The position numbers and the translations under genes are program-made. The notes under the pieces are model-generated. The model made no database searches and was not told the origin of the DNA. It was given only the letters and a program-made list of their open reading frames with translations. 64,000 bases of DNA from Octopus sinensis (taxonomy: Eukaryota), in contig NC_043007.1 of NCBI RefSeq assembly GCF_006345805.1, forward strand, positions 30,628,001-30,692,000, read 5' to 3'. Shown piece after piece: positions 40,095 to 53,070 of this stretch (position 1 is its first letter; every line of letters starts with the position of its first letter).

Positions 40095-40348
40095 TAAATG
40101 CGCCCTTTTTAAAGCCTAGCCATGCTCATGGGCCCAATTTCCCGGTTTCTATGGCGTATGTGTTCCCCAGCTGGACGGGTGGCCATTCCATCGCAGTGTT
40201 ACTCATTTTTGCTAGCTGAGTGGACTGGAGCAACGTGAAATGAAGTGTTTTGCTCAAGAACACAACGCGACACCCGATCCAGGAACCGAAACCACAATCT
40301 TACAATCATGATGCTGACACCTTAACCACTAAGCCACGCGCCTCCACC
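40095..40348 (-). mobile_element. tRNA-derived SINE family D with V-domain-like segment
   Basis: Minus strand: A box TGGCTTAGTGG, then GTTCTTGAGCAAAACAC, then GCGATGGAATGGCCACCCGTCCAG resembling the recalled V-SINE core. Confidence 0.7.
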
Positions 40349-40608
40349 TTTTATTACTTCACTATCAAAAAAGTCATTTACGGATCATCAGACTTTTATC
40401 TTTTTCCTTATTATAAACTGATTTTACTATTTCAAATACATTTCTACTTAGTTCTTGTCCATCATGTCATCACAAAATCCTTCAAATTCTACGACTTCCC
40501 ATGAAGCCTCTGTCACTCGTTTCAGCATGCGAACAACATGCCTGCATATATTAAGTTATGGATCCGTACATTTTAAGTTCAAATGTTGCTGAGGTCGACA
40601 TTGTACTT

Positions 40609-41155
40609 TAGCGGTATTTCGTCTGCCGTTACGTTCTGAGTTCAAATTCTGCCGAGGTCCACTTTGCCTTTCATTCTTTCGAGGTCGATAAATTAAGTAC
40701 CAGTTATGCGCTGGTGTAGATGTAACCGACTTAATCCGTTTGTCTCTCCTTGTTTGTCCCCTCTATGTTTAGCCCCTTGTGGACAGTAAAGAAATAAGAA
40801 ACGTTAGCACACCGGGTGAAATGCTTAGCGGTATTTCGTCTGTCTTTACGTTCTAAGTTAAAATTCCGCCAAGGTCAACTTTGCCTTTCATCCTTTCGGG
40901 GTCGATAAATTAAGTACCATATAATCGACTTAATCCGTTTGTCTGTCCTTGTTTCTCCTCTCTGTGTTTAGCCCATTGTGGGTAGTAAAGAAATAGGTAT
41001 TTCGTCTGCCGTTACGTTCTGAGTTCAAATTCCGCCGAGGTCGACTTTGCCTTTTCATCATTTCGGGGTCGATAAATTAAGTACCAGTTGCGCACTGGGG
41101 TCGATCTAATCGACTGCCCCACCTCCCCAAATAATTTCTGGCCTTGTGCCTAGAG
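40609..41155 (+). mobile_element. Head-to-tail trimer of SINE family B
   Basis: Units 40609-40798, 40799-40996, 40997-41155, each with CTTTGCCTTTCAT..GGTCGATAAATTAAGTACC. Confidence 0.9.
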
Positions 41156-41204
41156 TATGGTGTAGCTGCATAGATATGAGACAATGGCTCTCATTCAGCC
41201 TTGA

Positions 41205-41525
41205 AGAATTTTTAGTTGACCTCAATACTTATATTCTTTTAAGCCTTGTACTTATTATATCGGTCACTTTCGCCGAACCTCTATGTTACTGGGACGTGAA
41301 AACACCAACACCTGGTGTTAAGCAGTGGTGAGAGACAAAGCAGGCACAAAGACACATGCACACATACACACATACATTCATAAATGCATACATACATATA
41401 TACATACATATGTGTGGTGTGTGTATAATGGGATTCTTTCTGTTTCCGTCTACCAAATTCACTGACAAAGCTTTGGTCGGCCTATGGTCATAATAGAAGA
41501 TACTTGCTCAAGGTGTCCAGCAGTG
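41205..41525 (-). mobile_element. SINE family A copy
   Basis: Reverse-complement homology to 3641-4040. Confidence 0.75.
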
Positions 41526-41580
41526 GAATAAACTAGGACATTCTGCGGAATGTGATGGTGGATACCCTTCTCTGTCTCAC

Positions 41581-41816
41581 TAAATGGTTCTCAACCGTTT
41601 TTTTACCTTTGGACTCTCATAACCATTCCATGTTTTAAAAAAATCCCATAGTTTTTTTGTTTGTTTTTTGTAATTAAATAACATCAGGAATTTTATCAAA
41701 AAATTCTTAAAATATTTTGAGTATTCTAGAAGTGTAACTAAATTATGGCAAACTTTTGGCAACAAAATCTTATGTGGACCCCCAAGGGTCGTATGGGCCC
41801 CCGGTGAGAACTACTG
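41581..41816. mobile_element. hAT (Charlie-like) non-autonomous element/MITE
   Basis: Degenerate TIRs (A)ATGGTTCTCAACC / GGTGAGAACTACTG; no clean 8-bp TSD. Confidence 0.6.
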
Positions 41817-42284
41817 CCCTGACTGAATCCTAAGAAGAAAAAAAAAGTGGTATGTTGAGAGCAGAGGCGGTGGAACGGCCAGGTGGATGGGGTGAGTGAA
41901 CTAACTATTCAGCAGATCACAGGTTCAAGATTCACTTCTGGTGTTTTGTTATGTTAATTTTTCTGGGGAGGTTTTTATAAGGGAAAATGGTAAAGTTTCG
42001 TAAGGATGACGTTTTCTTACCCTCTTCTTATACGTGTGAAATTGATAGGGCAGATGGTAAACCACAGCGATGTAGCGTTGGACTGTCGCGGGATTGCATG
42101 TTGGACTCTGTGCGCGTGTGTGTGTGTGTGTGTACACGTGTGTGTGTGTGTGTGTGTGTGTGCACGCTCGCGCCTTGATCCATATGTATCAGAAATAAGT
42201 TGGTGACGAAAGAATTGAGTTGATAAACATCGATTAGTCGAGATTATCCATGCAATAAGTAGAGAAAACTTCCGCCTAAACGTG

Positions 42285-42545
42285 ATTAATATCTGGTCAA
42301 GATCCGCTTCCAATTCTGTCTTGATTGCGCCATTCTTTTCCATCTTAACCCAAATTGCTTAACTAGATCGCCTTTCCATCATCGTGAAGGTCTTCCTAGA
42401 GGCTTCACCCAATCTCATGCAGACCACTCGGCAACTGCACATGTCCAACTATTGTCCGTGGATCTTGCGATATGTCCAGCTCAGTAGAACTTGTGTTTTC
42501 AGTATTCTGCGATCACATCGTTCAATCTACTCTATTCTCAAATTA
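42285..42545 (-). mobile_element. RTE-clade LINE C-terminal remnant
   Basis: Minus-strand translation AGHIARSTDNSWT..V.EW..DWVKPLGRPSR*WKGDL...WKRMAQSRQNWK matches the RTE WAGHIAR..GRP..RW motif, with stops. Confidence 0.8.
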
Positions 42546-42559
42546 TTTCATTTTGGAAC

Positions 42560-43690
<1,131 letters not shown>

Positions 43691-43819
43691 TCCATGTGTC
43701 TGGTGAATTATATTTTATCTTAATTTAAAACCCGGTTTTAGTTTTTGTCTGAAACATTCTCCAAATGCGTTACATAATACACACACACCACACACATACA
43801 CACACACACACACACATCG

Positions 43820-44228
43820 TATTCTTTTATTCGTTTCGGTCATTTGACAACGGCCATGCTGGGGCACCGCCTTGAAGAATTTTAGCCGAACGAATCGACA
43901 ACCGGTTTTATTCTATCGGTCTCTTTTGCCAAACTACTAGATTACAGGGCCATAAGCAAGCCAACACCGGTTGTCAAGTAGTGATAGAGTACAAACATAC
44001 TCGTACATGCACGCACACAACCCATACACACAAACGCACACAACCCATACACACAAATGTACACACACACAAATATGTACGACGGCTTCTTTCAGTTTCC
44101 ACCATATCCACTCACAAGTCTTTGGTTGGTCCGAGTCTATAGCAGAAGACACTTGGCCAAGGTTCCACGCAGTGGGACTGAACCCGGAACCTCGTAGCTG
44201 GAAAAAAATTTTCTTGTCAGACAGCCAT
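43820..44228 (-). mobile_element. SINE family A copy
   Basis: Reverse-complement homology to 3641-4040. Confidence 0.8.
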
Positions 44229-44627
44229 ATATGTTTGATATGTACGTGTGTCTGTCGACTCCGTAGATTCCCATTCGTCATACGTTCATAGTGTTTGAAT
44301 TGGGAGACCGCTGATATGAAATAAAGTCTTAAACATTTATGGCATGCAAATTAATCGCTCCATTTCTTTGAAACTACCCGATTTGATGTGTAAAGAAGCA
44401 TATTGGCCACATGCTTTTTCTGCAATTGGTTAAGTGGTGTTGGCACCACTGCCCACTAATGGTGGTGAAAAATTAAGGTTGTTCATCATTTTGTTTGAAT
44501 GTTGTTTTCTTTTTTGGCGGGGTTTTGGCAAATTACGGAGGAATAACTAGATTTGATACTAGCATATGTAATACATACATACATATATGTATGTATAGAG
44601 TGTTTGAAGTGGTGTTCTGATATTGTA

Positions 44628-44808
44628 TGTTGAATAAAAGGAGATAGTCAGAATTTTGGATAATTCTTTATTAACGCTTTCGTTCGTTTAACCGAACTTT
44701 TCAAGACAAAAGTCATTTTGGTTTTAATTTTTGTCTTGAAGAGTTCAATTAATCGAACGAAAGCGCTAACAAAGAATTATATAAAATTCTGACTTTCCTT
44801 TTTTAACA
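44628..44808. repeat. About 180-bp imperfect palindrome with hammerhead-like motif in each arm
   Basis: Arms about 44628-44711 and 44728-44808 are reverse complements; right arm TTTGT-CTTGAAGA-GTTC..GAAC-GAAA-GCGC-TA-ACAAA. Confidence 0.85.
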
Positions 44809-45087
44809 CACACACACCACACACACACATAACGCTTTATTCACTCGAATGGGTAAAACCTTGAACAAAGCTGCATAAGAATGTCTACCTTGAATAAATA
44901 TGCACTGCAAGTGAACCAACAAAATGAACATAAATGCTACATCAAAGGACGCTAGGACACTTATTCGGCAGAAACACGTGTCGGATTAGAATTTTATGAG
45001 AATAATGCTTTAATAAATAAGTTTTGAATATGTACAATTCTCCATTCTTTATGACGTTTTAAGTTAATACAAAGACATATATACACA

Positions 45088-45136
<49 letters not shown>

Positions 45137-45144
45137 CACACACA

Positions 45145-45189
<45 letters not shown>

Positions 45190-46740
45190 CTACATGCATA
45201 CATGCATGAAGCGATAGATATTGCAAAAGGCCCTAAGATTTTAAAGGCCGACTGAATGCCAAGAAGCTGCAAAATTTTGTATCATGGATCCTAAGTACTT
45301 TAATTAAAAGAATATTTCCAATCCAGCTTTCCATTTGTATTTCATTCTCGTTCAACCAGACGGTTGTTCCCAGTTATGCCCACCTCAACTCATCAACTCT
45401 CAAAATAAACTGAAAACATTTGAAGTAGCCTTTCCTAAACAAATATTGTTTCCATGCACAAAGTATAATTTATGAAGAGGTTATCTTCCCTGGAACAATG
45501 AATTAAGCGATATACAGTCATCCACATATATCGGGAAAGTTCGGGGTGGAAAGGTGCCAAATTTTAAGCTTTGAAATCAATGTTAATCTCCAGAATTGAT
45601 GCCATTGCACAGTTTCAAACATCCAGCCTGATTCCTCTCGGATGAGTACAAGGTAATGCATCAATCTGGCTTTCAACCCACTTTGATGGTTTTTCCCCGC
45701 AACATAGACCTGGAATGAACGTCAACACTTTCAAAACAGATTCGACACACACACGCATGGACACACGCTCAAGACACACATATACAGACATACACAGAAA
45801 CACATGCACACACACACACACACACAATTCTTGCATATATGGTTTTTCTATTATTATTAATTAATTTATTCATTTGTTTATTTTATACAAAATATTTTTT
45901 TAATGAAACAAAAAAAACGGAGAAAAAATATGAACAAAAATTTCGTAATATCTTTGCTGAGTCATAACTGATGAATGCTGAATTGGTTCAGGGTGGGGTA
46001 TTGTCAGCTGGAGGTGGTGTAGAAGTGGGGGGGGGGAACTTGGTAACGGGGATAACCGAGGTCGTTGTTGTAGCTGCGGCGGCGGCGGCGGCGGTGATAG
46101 TCGTGGTCGTGGTTTCTCTTGTTGATCTTATTTGTTGTTGTTACAATGGTGATGGCCGCGCAGTAGTAGAGGTGGCGATGGTGATGCTGGTGTTTGTTGT
46201 TGTTGCTGTTGTTGTTGTTGTGGGAGAGGGGGTGAATCGGGTGTGTGTAAGAAGGTAACAACGGCAGCGGTGCCGGTTGTTGTTGATATTTCCGATCGTA
46301 GTGGTGGTGGTGGCGTTGTTGCTGTTGTTGGTGGTGGTGGTGGCGGGGCTGGTGGTGCTGGTGGTGCTGGTGGTGCTGGTGCTGGTGGCGATGATGGTGG
46401 TGGTGGCGATGGTGGTGGTGGCGATAGTGGTGGTGGTGGCGATAGTGGTGGTGGTGGCGATGGAGGTGGTGGCGATGGTGGTGGTGGCGATGAAGGTGGT
46501 GGTGATGATGGTGGTGGCGATGGTGGAGATGGCGATGGTGGTGGCGGTGATATTGGTGGTGGTGGTGGTGGTGGTGGTGGTGGCGATGGGGGGGGGGGTT
46601 AATTGTGGTAGTTTGATATTGTTGTCGCTTGCTGCTGCTGTTCTTTCTGGCAACATCAGAATATATGTAAATCACCGTGTGCGCGCGCTTGTGTGTGTGT
46701 GTGCAAAATATTAGTTTCAAACAATAATTCTGGGTTGGAG

Positions 46741-46796
46741 GGGCGGGGGTGGAGATGACTGTATGCGTACGCGCATGCGCAAGAGAATGTGCGCAC
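46741..46796. promoter_or_regulatory. Candidate GC box + NRF1-type motif cluster
   Basis: GGGCGGGG at 46741, GCGCATGCGCA at 46771-46781, GTGCGCAC at 46789 in a locally CpG-rich patch. Confidence 0.35.
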
Positions 46797-46959
46797 ACCA
46801 TTGTTTGTGTGAGTGCACTTTTAATAAATGTACCAAGATATGTAATTAAAAATATGCGTGTGTATGTGTAAATATGCATGTGTGTTGCTGTGAATGAGTT
46901 TATATTGTGTATATACACACACACATATGTATATAAATATATATGTTGTCTGTATATAT

Positions 46960-46972
46960 GATATATGTTCAT

Positions 46973-47035
<63 letters not shown>

Positions 47036-47043
47036 TTGTATGG

Positions 47044-47120
<77 letters not shown>

Positions 47121-47190
47121 CATACATATATATATATATGCATGTATATATATATATATAATATATATATACATATGTATATATATATAG

Positions 47191-47222
<32 letters not shown>

Positions 47223-47250
47223 GCATGTATATATATATATATATATATAT
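46960..47250. repeat. (TA)n/(GT)n array
   Basis: Direct reading. Confidence 0.95.
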
Positions 47251-47265
47251 AGTTCAGTTGTGAAG

Positions 47266-47577
47266 CCAGGTGACTTAGTGGTTCGAGTATTGGATCTTAA
47301 GATCGTGAGTTCAATTCCTGGTCGTGCATTGTTTTTTTGAGCAAGACCCTCTATCTCGCTGCTTCAGTTCACTCAGCCTGCAAAAGTGAGTTGTACCCGT
47401 AATTCAAAGGACCAGCCTTGTCATATTCTGTGTAATACTGAATCTTGCCCCAAGACTACGTTATGGGTACGCGTGTTTGTGGTGTACTCAGCCATTTGCA
47501 CCGTTGGTTTCACGTGCAGGCTGTTCCGTTGATCGGATCAACTGGAACCCTCGTCGTCGCAATCGACGGAGCGCCAG
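47266..47577 (+). mobile_element. SINE family C copy
   Basis: 3' end GCAGGCTGTTCCGTTGATCGGATCAACTGGAACCCTCGTCGTCG. Confidence 0.85.
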
Positions 47578-47656
47578 TTAATGACTATGATGATGTTGAT
47601 AGAGATGTAACAGGGACCCTTATGTGGTTGCTCAACCTGCTAGAGACAACAGCTGT

Positions 47657-47952
47657 GAAGGCAGGCGGCTTAGTGGTTAGGGCGTTCACCACGTGATGGT
47701 GTGATTTTGTCCTTGAGCAAGACACTTTGTTTCACTTTTCTCCGTCCAATCAGATGGCAAAAAGGAATTTTACCTGTAATTCATTGGGCCGGCCTTGTCA
47801 CTTTCTGAGTTACACTGTATCTCCCTGAGAACTACATTAAGGCATTACGTATCTATGGAGTACTCAGCCACTTGTATGCCAATTTCGTGAACAGGGTGTT
47901 CCGTTGATCAGATCAAATGCAACAATTGTTGTCGTAGCCGACCAAATGCCAG
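47657..47952 (+). mobile_element. SINE family C copy, degenerate
   Basis: GGCTTAGTGGTTAGG head, GTCCTTGAGCAAGACAC, GTTCCGTTGATCAGATC. Confidence 0.8.
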
Positions 47953-48070
47953 ATTACGATTTAAATATTTGTGTTTGTCTGGGTATACCCGAACAAATGT
48001 GCTGGCAGATGTGTGAGTGCATATAACACTGCATGGGTATGCGTATGTCATTGGCGCTTATGTTATCTTC

Positions 48071-48306
48071 TATTTCTTTACTACCCACAAGGGGCTAAAC
48101 ACAGTGAGGACAAACAAGGGCAGACACACGGATTAAGTCGATTATATCGAACCCTGTGCGTAACTGGTACTTAATTTATCGACCCCGAAAGGATGAAAGG
48201 CAAAGTCGACCTGGGCGGAATTTGAACTCAGAACGTAAAGACAGACGAAATACCGCTAAGCATTTCGCCCACCGTGCTAACCTTTTTGCCAGCTCCTCGC
48301 CGCCTG
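48071..48306 (-). mobile_element. SINE family B long-tail variant with about 11-bp TSD
   Basis: ATGTTATCTTC (48060-48070) / ATGTTGTCTTC (48307-48317). Confidence 0.88.
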
Positions 48307-49134
48307 ATGTTGTCTTCGTGCCAGTGTGTATGCATATGTATGTTTGTCTGTACACATGTACATGTGTGTGCGTGTCTGAGGCTAATGTATGTGTGTGTGT
48401 GTGTGTGTTTCTGTTTAAATCATGTGTATACATTGTGTGTGTGCGTCTGAATGTGTATGCGTGTGTGTGTGTGTGTGTGTATTATCCTGTACTTATGGAT
48501 GTATTCTTGTGTGTCAGAGGCTAATGTAGCATGTGTCTCTGTTTAAGTCAATATGTGTGTGTGTGTCTGCGTCTATGTGTGTGTGTGTGTGTGTGTGTTG
48601 GTATGTTTGTCAGGTTGTCTGTCGGTATGTGAGTCATGGAAGGCAGAAAGAAGCTAAAGGTCATTGTAATCAGGAGATATTGAGGAGTACCGGAGCATGG
48701 ATTGGTCACCTGGGAGTATTTAGCTTAATGTGCAATCTGAGAGGTAGGCAGAACTATGAAGATCAAAAAAATAAAATAAAATAATAAATAAAATAAAGCA
48801 ACAAAATAAACAGAGGAACATCAAATCAACAACAGAAAGAATAACAAGATAACAAGAGTAACAACAACAATATCAATAAGGGCAATGAAAATAACAACAA
48901 CAACATTAGCGTCACGAACAATAACAACCAGAACAACAACAAAAGGACAACAGAAACTGCAACGACAACAAGAACAGCAATAAAACCAACGACAACAACA
49001 ACAATAAATGGAAAAACAGTAACAACGACAATAACATCAGCAACAACAGCATCCAGACTAAAAGAAGCCAACAACGTTAACAACAACAGCAACAACAAAG
49101 TGACAACTCTAACCACAACAACAACACTAATAAC

Positions 49135-49220
49135 AGCAGGTGTGGCTGTGTGGTTGAGAAGCAAGCTTCTTAACCATATGGATCCGGGTTCAGACCCACA
49201 GCATAGCACCTTGGGCTTCT
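49135..49220 (+). mobile_element. SINE family A head fragment
   Basis: GTGGCTGTGTGGTTGAGAAGC..GGGTTCAGACCCAC..CACCTTGGGC. Confidence 0.75.
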
Positions 49221-49267
49221 GTTTTCTACAATATATATATATATATATTATATATATATATAATATA

Positions 49268-49330
<63 letters not shown>

Positions 49331-49828
49331 TGTATAATTTACAGTTCCATTCTACATTCGATATTTTTAGCAAATGTAAGCACATGGAGAAGTTTCTTTT
49401 GTCGAACTGGAGGAAAAAACCCGCTCTCGATTGAGGGCGAAACTCTTGGTTTTCTTACTTTTCTTTTCTTTTTTCTTTTTTTCTCATTCCAATTTTTCCA
49501 TCAAACTTCTCGGTTGTTTTTTTTTTTTAAATACACCTAACGTTACGAATTGAACCAGGATTACTTCTACATTCATGGGATGTTATATAAATCTGACAAT
49601 TTAATGTATCTCAAAGCACGAAACCATTGGTAGCTCTTTTGTAATTGTGTATATTTAATATGTATATTTATATATACGTGTGTACATGTATGTGTATTCG
49701 TTTATATATGTGCATGTGTAACTGCGTGTGTATGTGTTTGTGTGTTTATATGTGTGTGAGTCTGTATGGATGTGTGTGTGTAAGTGTTTATGTATATAAA
49801 GCAAATAAAAAATCGAGTATTGGCGTTA

Positions 49829-50376
49829 AATTTACTTTCAGGTTGAGGAGGTGCAATGGCCCGGTGGTTAGGGCAGCGGACTTGCAGTCGTAGGATTGCA
49901 GTTTCGATTCCCAGACCGGCTCGTATGAGTGTTTATTGAGCGAAAACACTTAAAGTTGCACGAGGCTCCGGCTGCACTCTTTCACCACAACTTTCTCTCA
50001 CTCTTTCTTCCTGTTTCTCTTGTACCTGTATCTCAAAGGGCCAGCCTTGTCACACTCTGTGTCACGCTGAATCTCCCCGAGAACTACGTTAAGGGTACAC
50101 GTGTCTGTGGAGTGCTCAGCCACTTGCACGTTAACTTCACGAGCAGGCTGTTCCGTTGATCGGACCAACTGGAACCCTCATCGTCGCAACCGACGGAGTG
50201 CCACGACGACTTTCAGGTTACGACCATTTCAACAGTAGACGTGTTACATAGATCGCTTATTGATTTGCCCATTCAAATGATAGGTGTGTCTCATGTAATT
50301 ACATAATCATTGTTATATCCATGTCTACAAGTTTTCCGCCATCTGCTGTCGAAACGGTCGTAACCTAAAAGTAAAT
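49829..50376. mobile_element. MITE-like inverted-repeat element interrupted by the SINE
   Basis: With the SINE and one TSD removed, left end ATTTACTTTCAGGTTACGACCATTTCAACAG pairs with right end CTGTCGAAACGGTCGTAACCTAAAAGTAAAT. Confidence 0.75.
49845..50208 (+). mobile_element. SINE family C, full length, 11-bp TSD
   Basis: ACTTTCAGGTT at 49834-49844 and 50209-50219; A and B boxes present. Confidence 0.92.
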
Positions 50377-51141
50377 GTGATACCAACACTTTCATGCCTT
50401 ATACTTTTTACATTACACTTCGCGATTGATAAACATTTCCTGGATTCTCAGTTTGTGTGGAACATTTCCTCCTACTGAAACAATGTCCCTCCACCTCATA
50501 CAACCTGCAAACCATTATTTGCATGAGTGCTGACTGCGGTAACCACCGCCACGATTTCACAAATCCCTTTTCATACACTATATAAGTACATGGCCTTTAC
50601 AACTGAATAGTCTTCACACCAACACAAAGGAATCCATCTACCCTGTTTGGAATAGAATATAATTTAGAGGAACATGCCTCGCACGTAACCACGTGACCAA
50701 TGGAATCTTCATTTCTTTGTCCTTTTAATAACCGATATATTTAATAAAAAGACAAATGAAATTAAGATAATGGAGGATTAAAATTTAATAGTTTATCGAT
50801 TAATTCCTCCTAATATCCCCCCTCCCTTCAATGATTATATTTCACAGAAGGATTTTAATTTTGATAGATTTAGAATCTAATCGATATCGATTAGTTCTTA
50901 TTAGACCACCCAATCAGCGCTTTATGTTTCCATAATATTCTTATGACAAATTATTTTCATTTTTTTTTCTAATAAAAAAATATCAATATTTAACAGTATC
51001 TACATTCAATTGTTTTCACCCAATCTTTGTTTGTTACTCGAATTATTTTAAATTAGATAAACCACCAACAATAAAAAACATTAATAACTTCCCCCTTGGC
51101 ATTATTTTAGTAGCATATATATATAGATAGATATATGTATT

Positions 51142-51179
<38 letters not shown>

Positions 51180-51303
51180 AATATATGTGTGTATGTGTAG
51201 GTATATATGTATATGCATATATATATGTGCGTGTGTATGTATGTATATGTATATATATATATGTATATACATGTATATGTCTATATATATGTATATATAA
51301 TGC

Positions 51304-51341
<38 letters not shown>

Positions 51342-51342
51342 A

Positions 51343-51450
51343 TAGTTGAAATTTACAGAAAAACAAAAAACTAAGACAGGTGTATTCGTTTGACGCTCGG
51401 GAAGGTGAGAAAGTCTTTTACGTTTCGAACCTATGCTCTTCAACAGAGAA
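51343..51450 (-). mobile_element. Second copy of the (TA/TG)-abutting element seen at 24809
   Basis: TAGTTGAAATTTACAGAAAA...AAAGTCTTTTACGTTTCGAACCTATGCTCTTCA. Confidence 0.65.
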
Positions 51451-51650
51451 TTTAAAAAACGTTTGGATTTAGCGGTCGGTCATGGCATATATGTATATAT
51501 ATATGTATGATGTATGTATATATATATATATAAACACAGTAACTACGCAACCAACAGCTGCTATTTACCCCGCAAGTGTGTGCAAGTGATATTTTGTTTG
51601 TGCTTTTTCTATTCAATTCAATGTACATATTAATATCAACATCGTTGTTA

Positions 51651-51950
51651 GTGGAGGGACATGGCTTAGTGGTTAGGGCATTCAGTTCACGATCGTAGGT
51701 TAATGAGATCGATTCCTGGTGGCAAGTCACTTTATTTCACGTTGCTCCAGTTTGCTCAATGTGGCAAAAATTATACCTGAAACTCAAAGGGTCCAGCCAC
51801 TTTATGTGTCAAACTGAATCTACTCAAGAACTATTTTAAAGGCATGCGTGTCTGCGGAATACTCAACCACTGGCGCGCTAATTTCAGGAGCAGGCTGTTC
51901 CGTTGGACATTTTCTACTGGAAAATTCGTCGTCGTAACCGACGGAGTACC
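51651..51950 (+). mobile_element. SINE family C copy
   Basis: TGGCTTAGTGGTTAGG head; GAGCAGGCTGTTCCGTTG..CGTCGTCGTAACCGACGGAG tail. Confidence 0.8.
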
Positions 51951-52394
51951 ATCTCTACTATTATTGCTAACAACTAAACAGTTGTGTGCCTGGTTAACTA
52001 GACTGTTCATAAAAACATTCAAGATTTCTTTAATGCGACGCGAATATCTCCAAACAATGTCTCCAGCCCATAACATCACCGTTTCTTCCGCAGAATGCCA
52101 CCAATGTTTATTCCTGAAACTAATTCATCTATGGCCTTGCACAAACGTTTCTTTTTTCTGTCACTCCAATTGCGTCTCAATAATAATTGCAATGCCAGGA
52201 CACATTCCTTCGCACATAGGACCAGGCAATTCCTTTCCTTTTCAACCCGATCACGGACATATTGGTAACGCTTAGGTTAGATGTGTTTAGATTTGCTTTA
52301 TACAAAAAACACAAGGAATATCCTTTTCTTTTTCTTCTCCTTCTTCTTTTTGTTCTCCTTCTTCTTTTTGTTCTCCTCCTTTTTCTGCCTCTAA

Positions 52395-52436
52395 TCATCA
52401 TCATCATCATCATTACTATTATTATCATTATTATTA

Positions 52437-52470
<34 letters not shown>

Positions 52471-52549
52471 CATTATTATTATTATTATTACTATTATTAT
52501 TATTATTATTATATCATTATTATTATTATTATTATTATTATTACTACTA

Positions 52550-52580
<31 letters not shown>

Positions 52581-52639
52581 TATTATTATTATTATTATTA
52601 TCATTATTATTATTATTATCATTATTATTATTATTATTA

Positions 52640-52671
<32 letters not shown>

Positions 52672-52754
52672 TTATCGTAGGGCTCAAATTCAATGTTACT
52701 AAATATTTGTTAAACCTTATAAGACAGAAGTATATTAAGCACACACACACACAC

Positions 52755-52824
<70 letters not shown>

Positions 52825-52830
52825 ACACAC
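52395..52830. repeat. (CAT)/(ATT)n and (CA)n arrays
   Basis: Direct reading. Confidence 0.95.
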
Positions 52831-52874
52831 AAGCTGTGATATGTGGTTTGTGCCTGAAGAATATGTTTGATATA

Positions 52875-53070
52875 TATATATATTGGTTTCAAATTTTGGC
52901 ACACAGTCAGCCATCGACCCCAGTGTTCAACTGGTACTAAATTTATCAATCTGAAAGGTTGAAAGGTAAAGTCATGCAGAATGCGAACTTAGAATGGAAA
53001 GACGGACGAAATGCTGCGAACGAAACGCTGCCCAGTGTGGTGTTGACCATTTTGTCATCTCGCCACCCTC
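52875..53070 (-). mobile_element. SINE family B, degenerate
   Basis: ATCGACCCCAGTGTTCAACTGGTACT..GAAAGG..GGACGAAATGC. Confidence 0.7.

Noticed and set aside
46243-46602. Gly/Asp-rich ORF resembling a glycine-rich structural protein
   Set aside because: Lies within a degenerate (GGT)n island, open in several frames on both strands, no signal peptide or splice support
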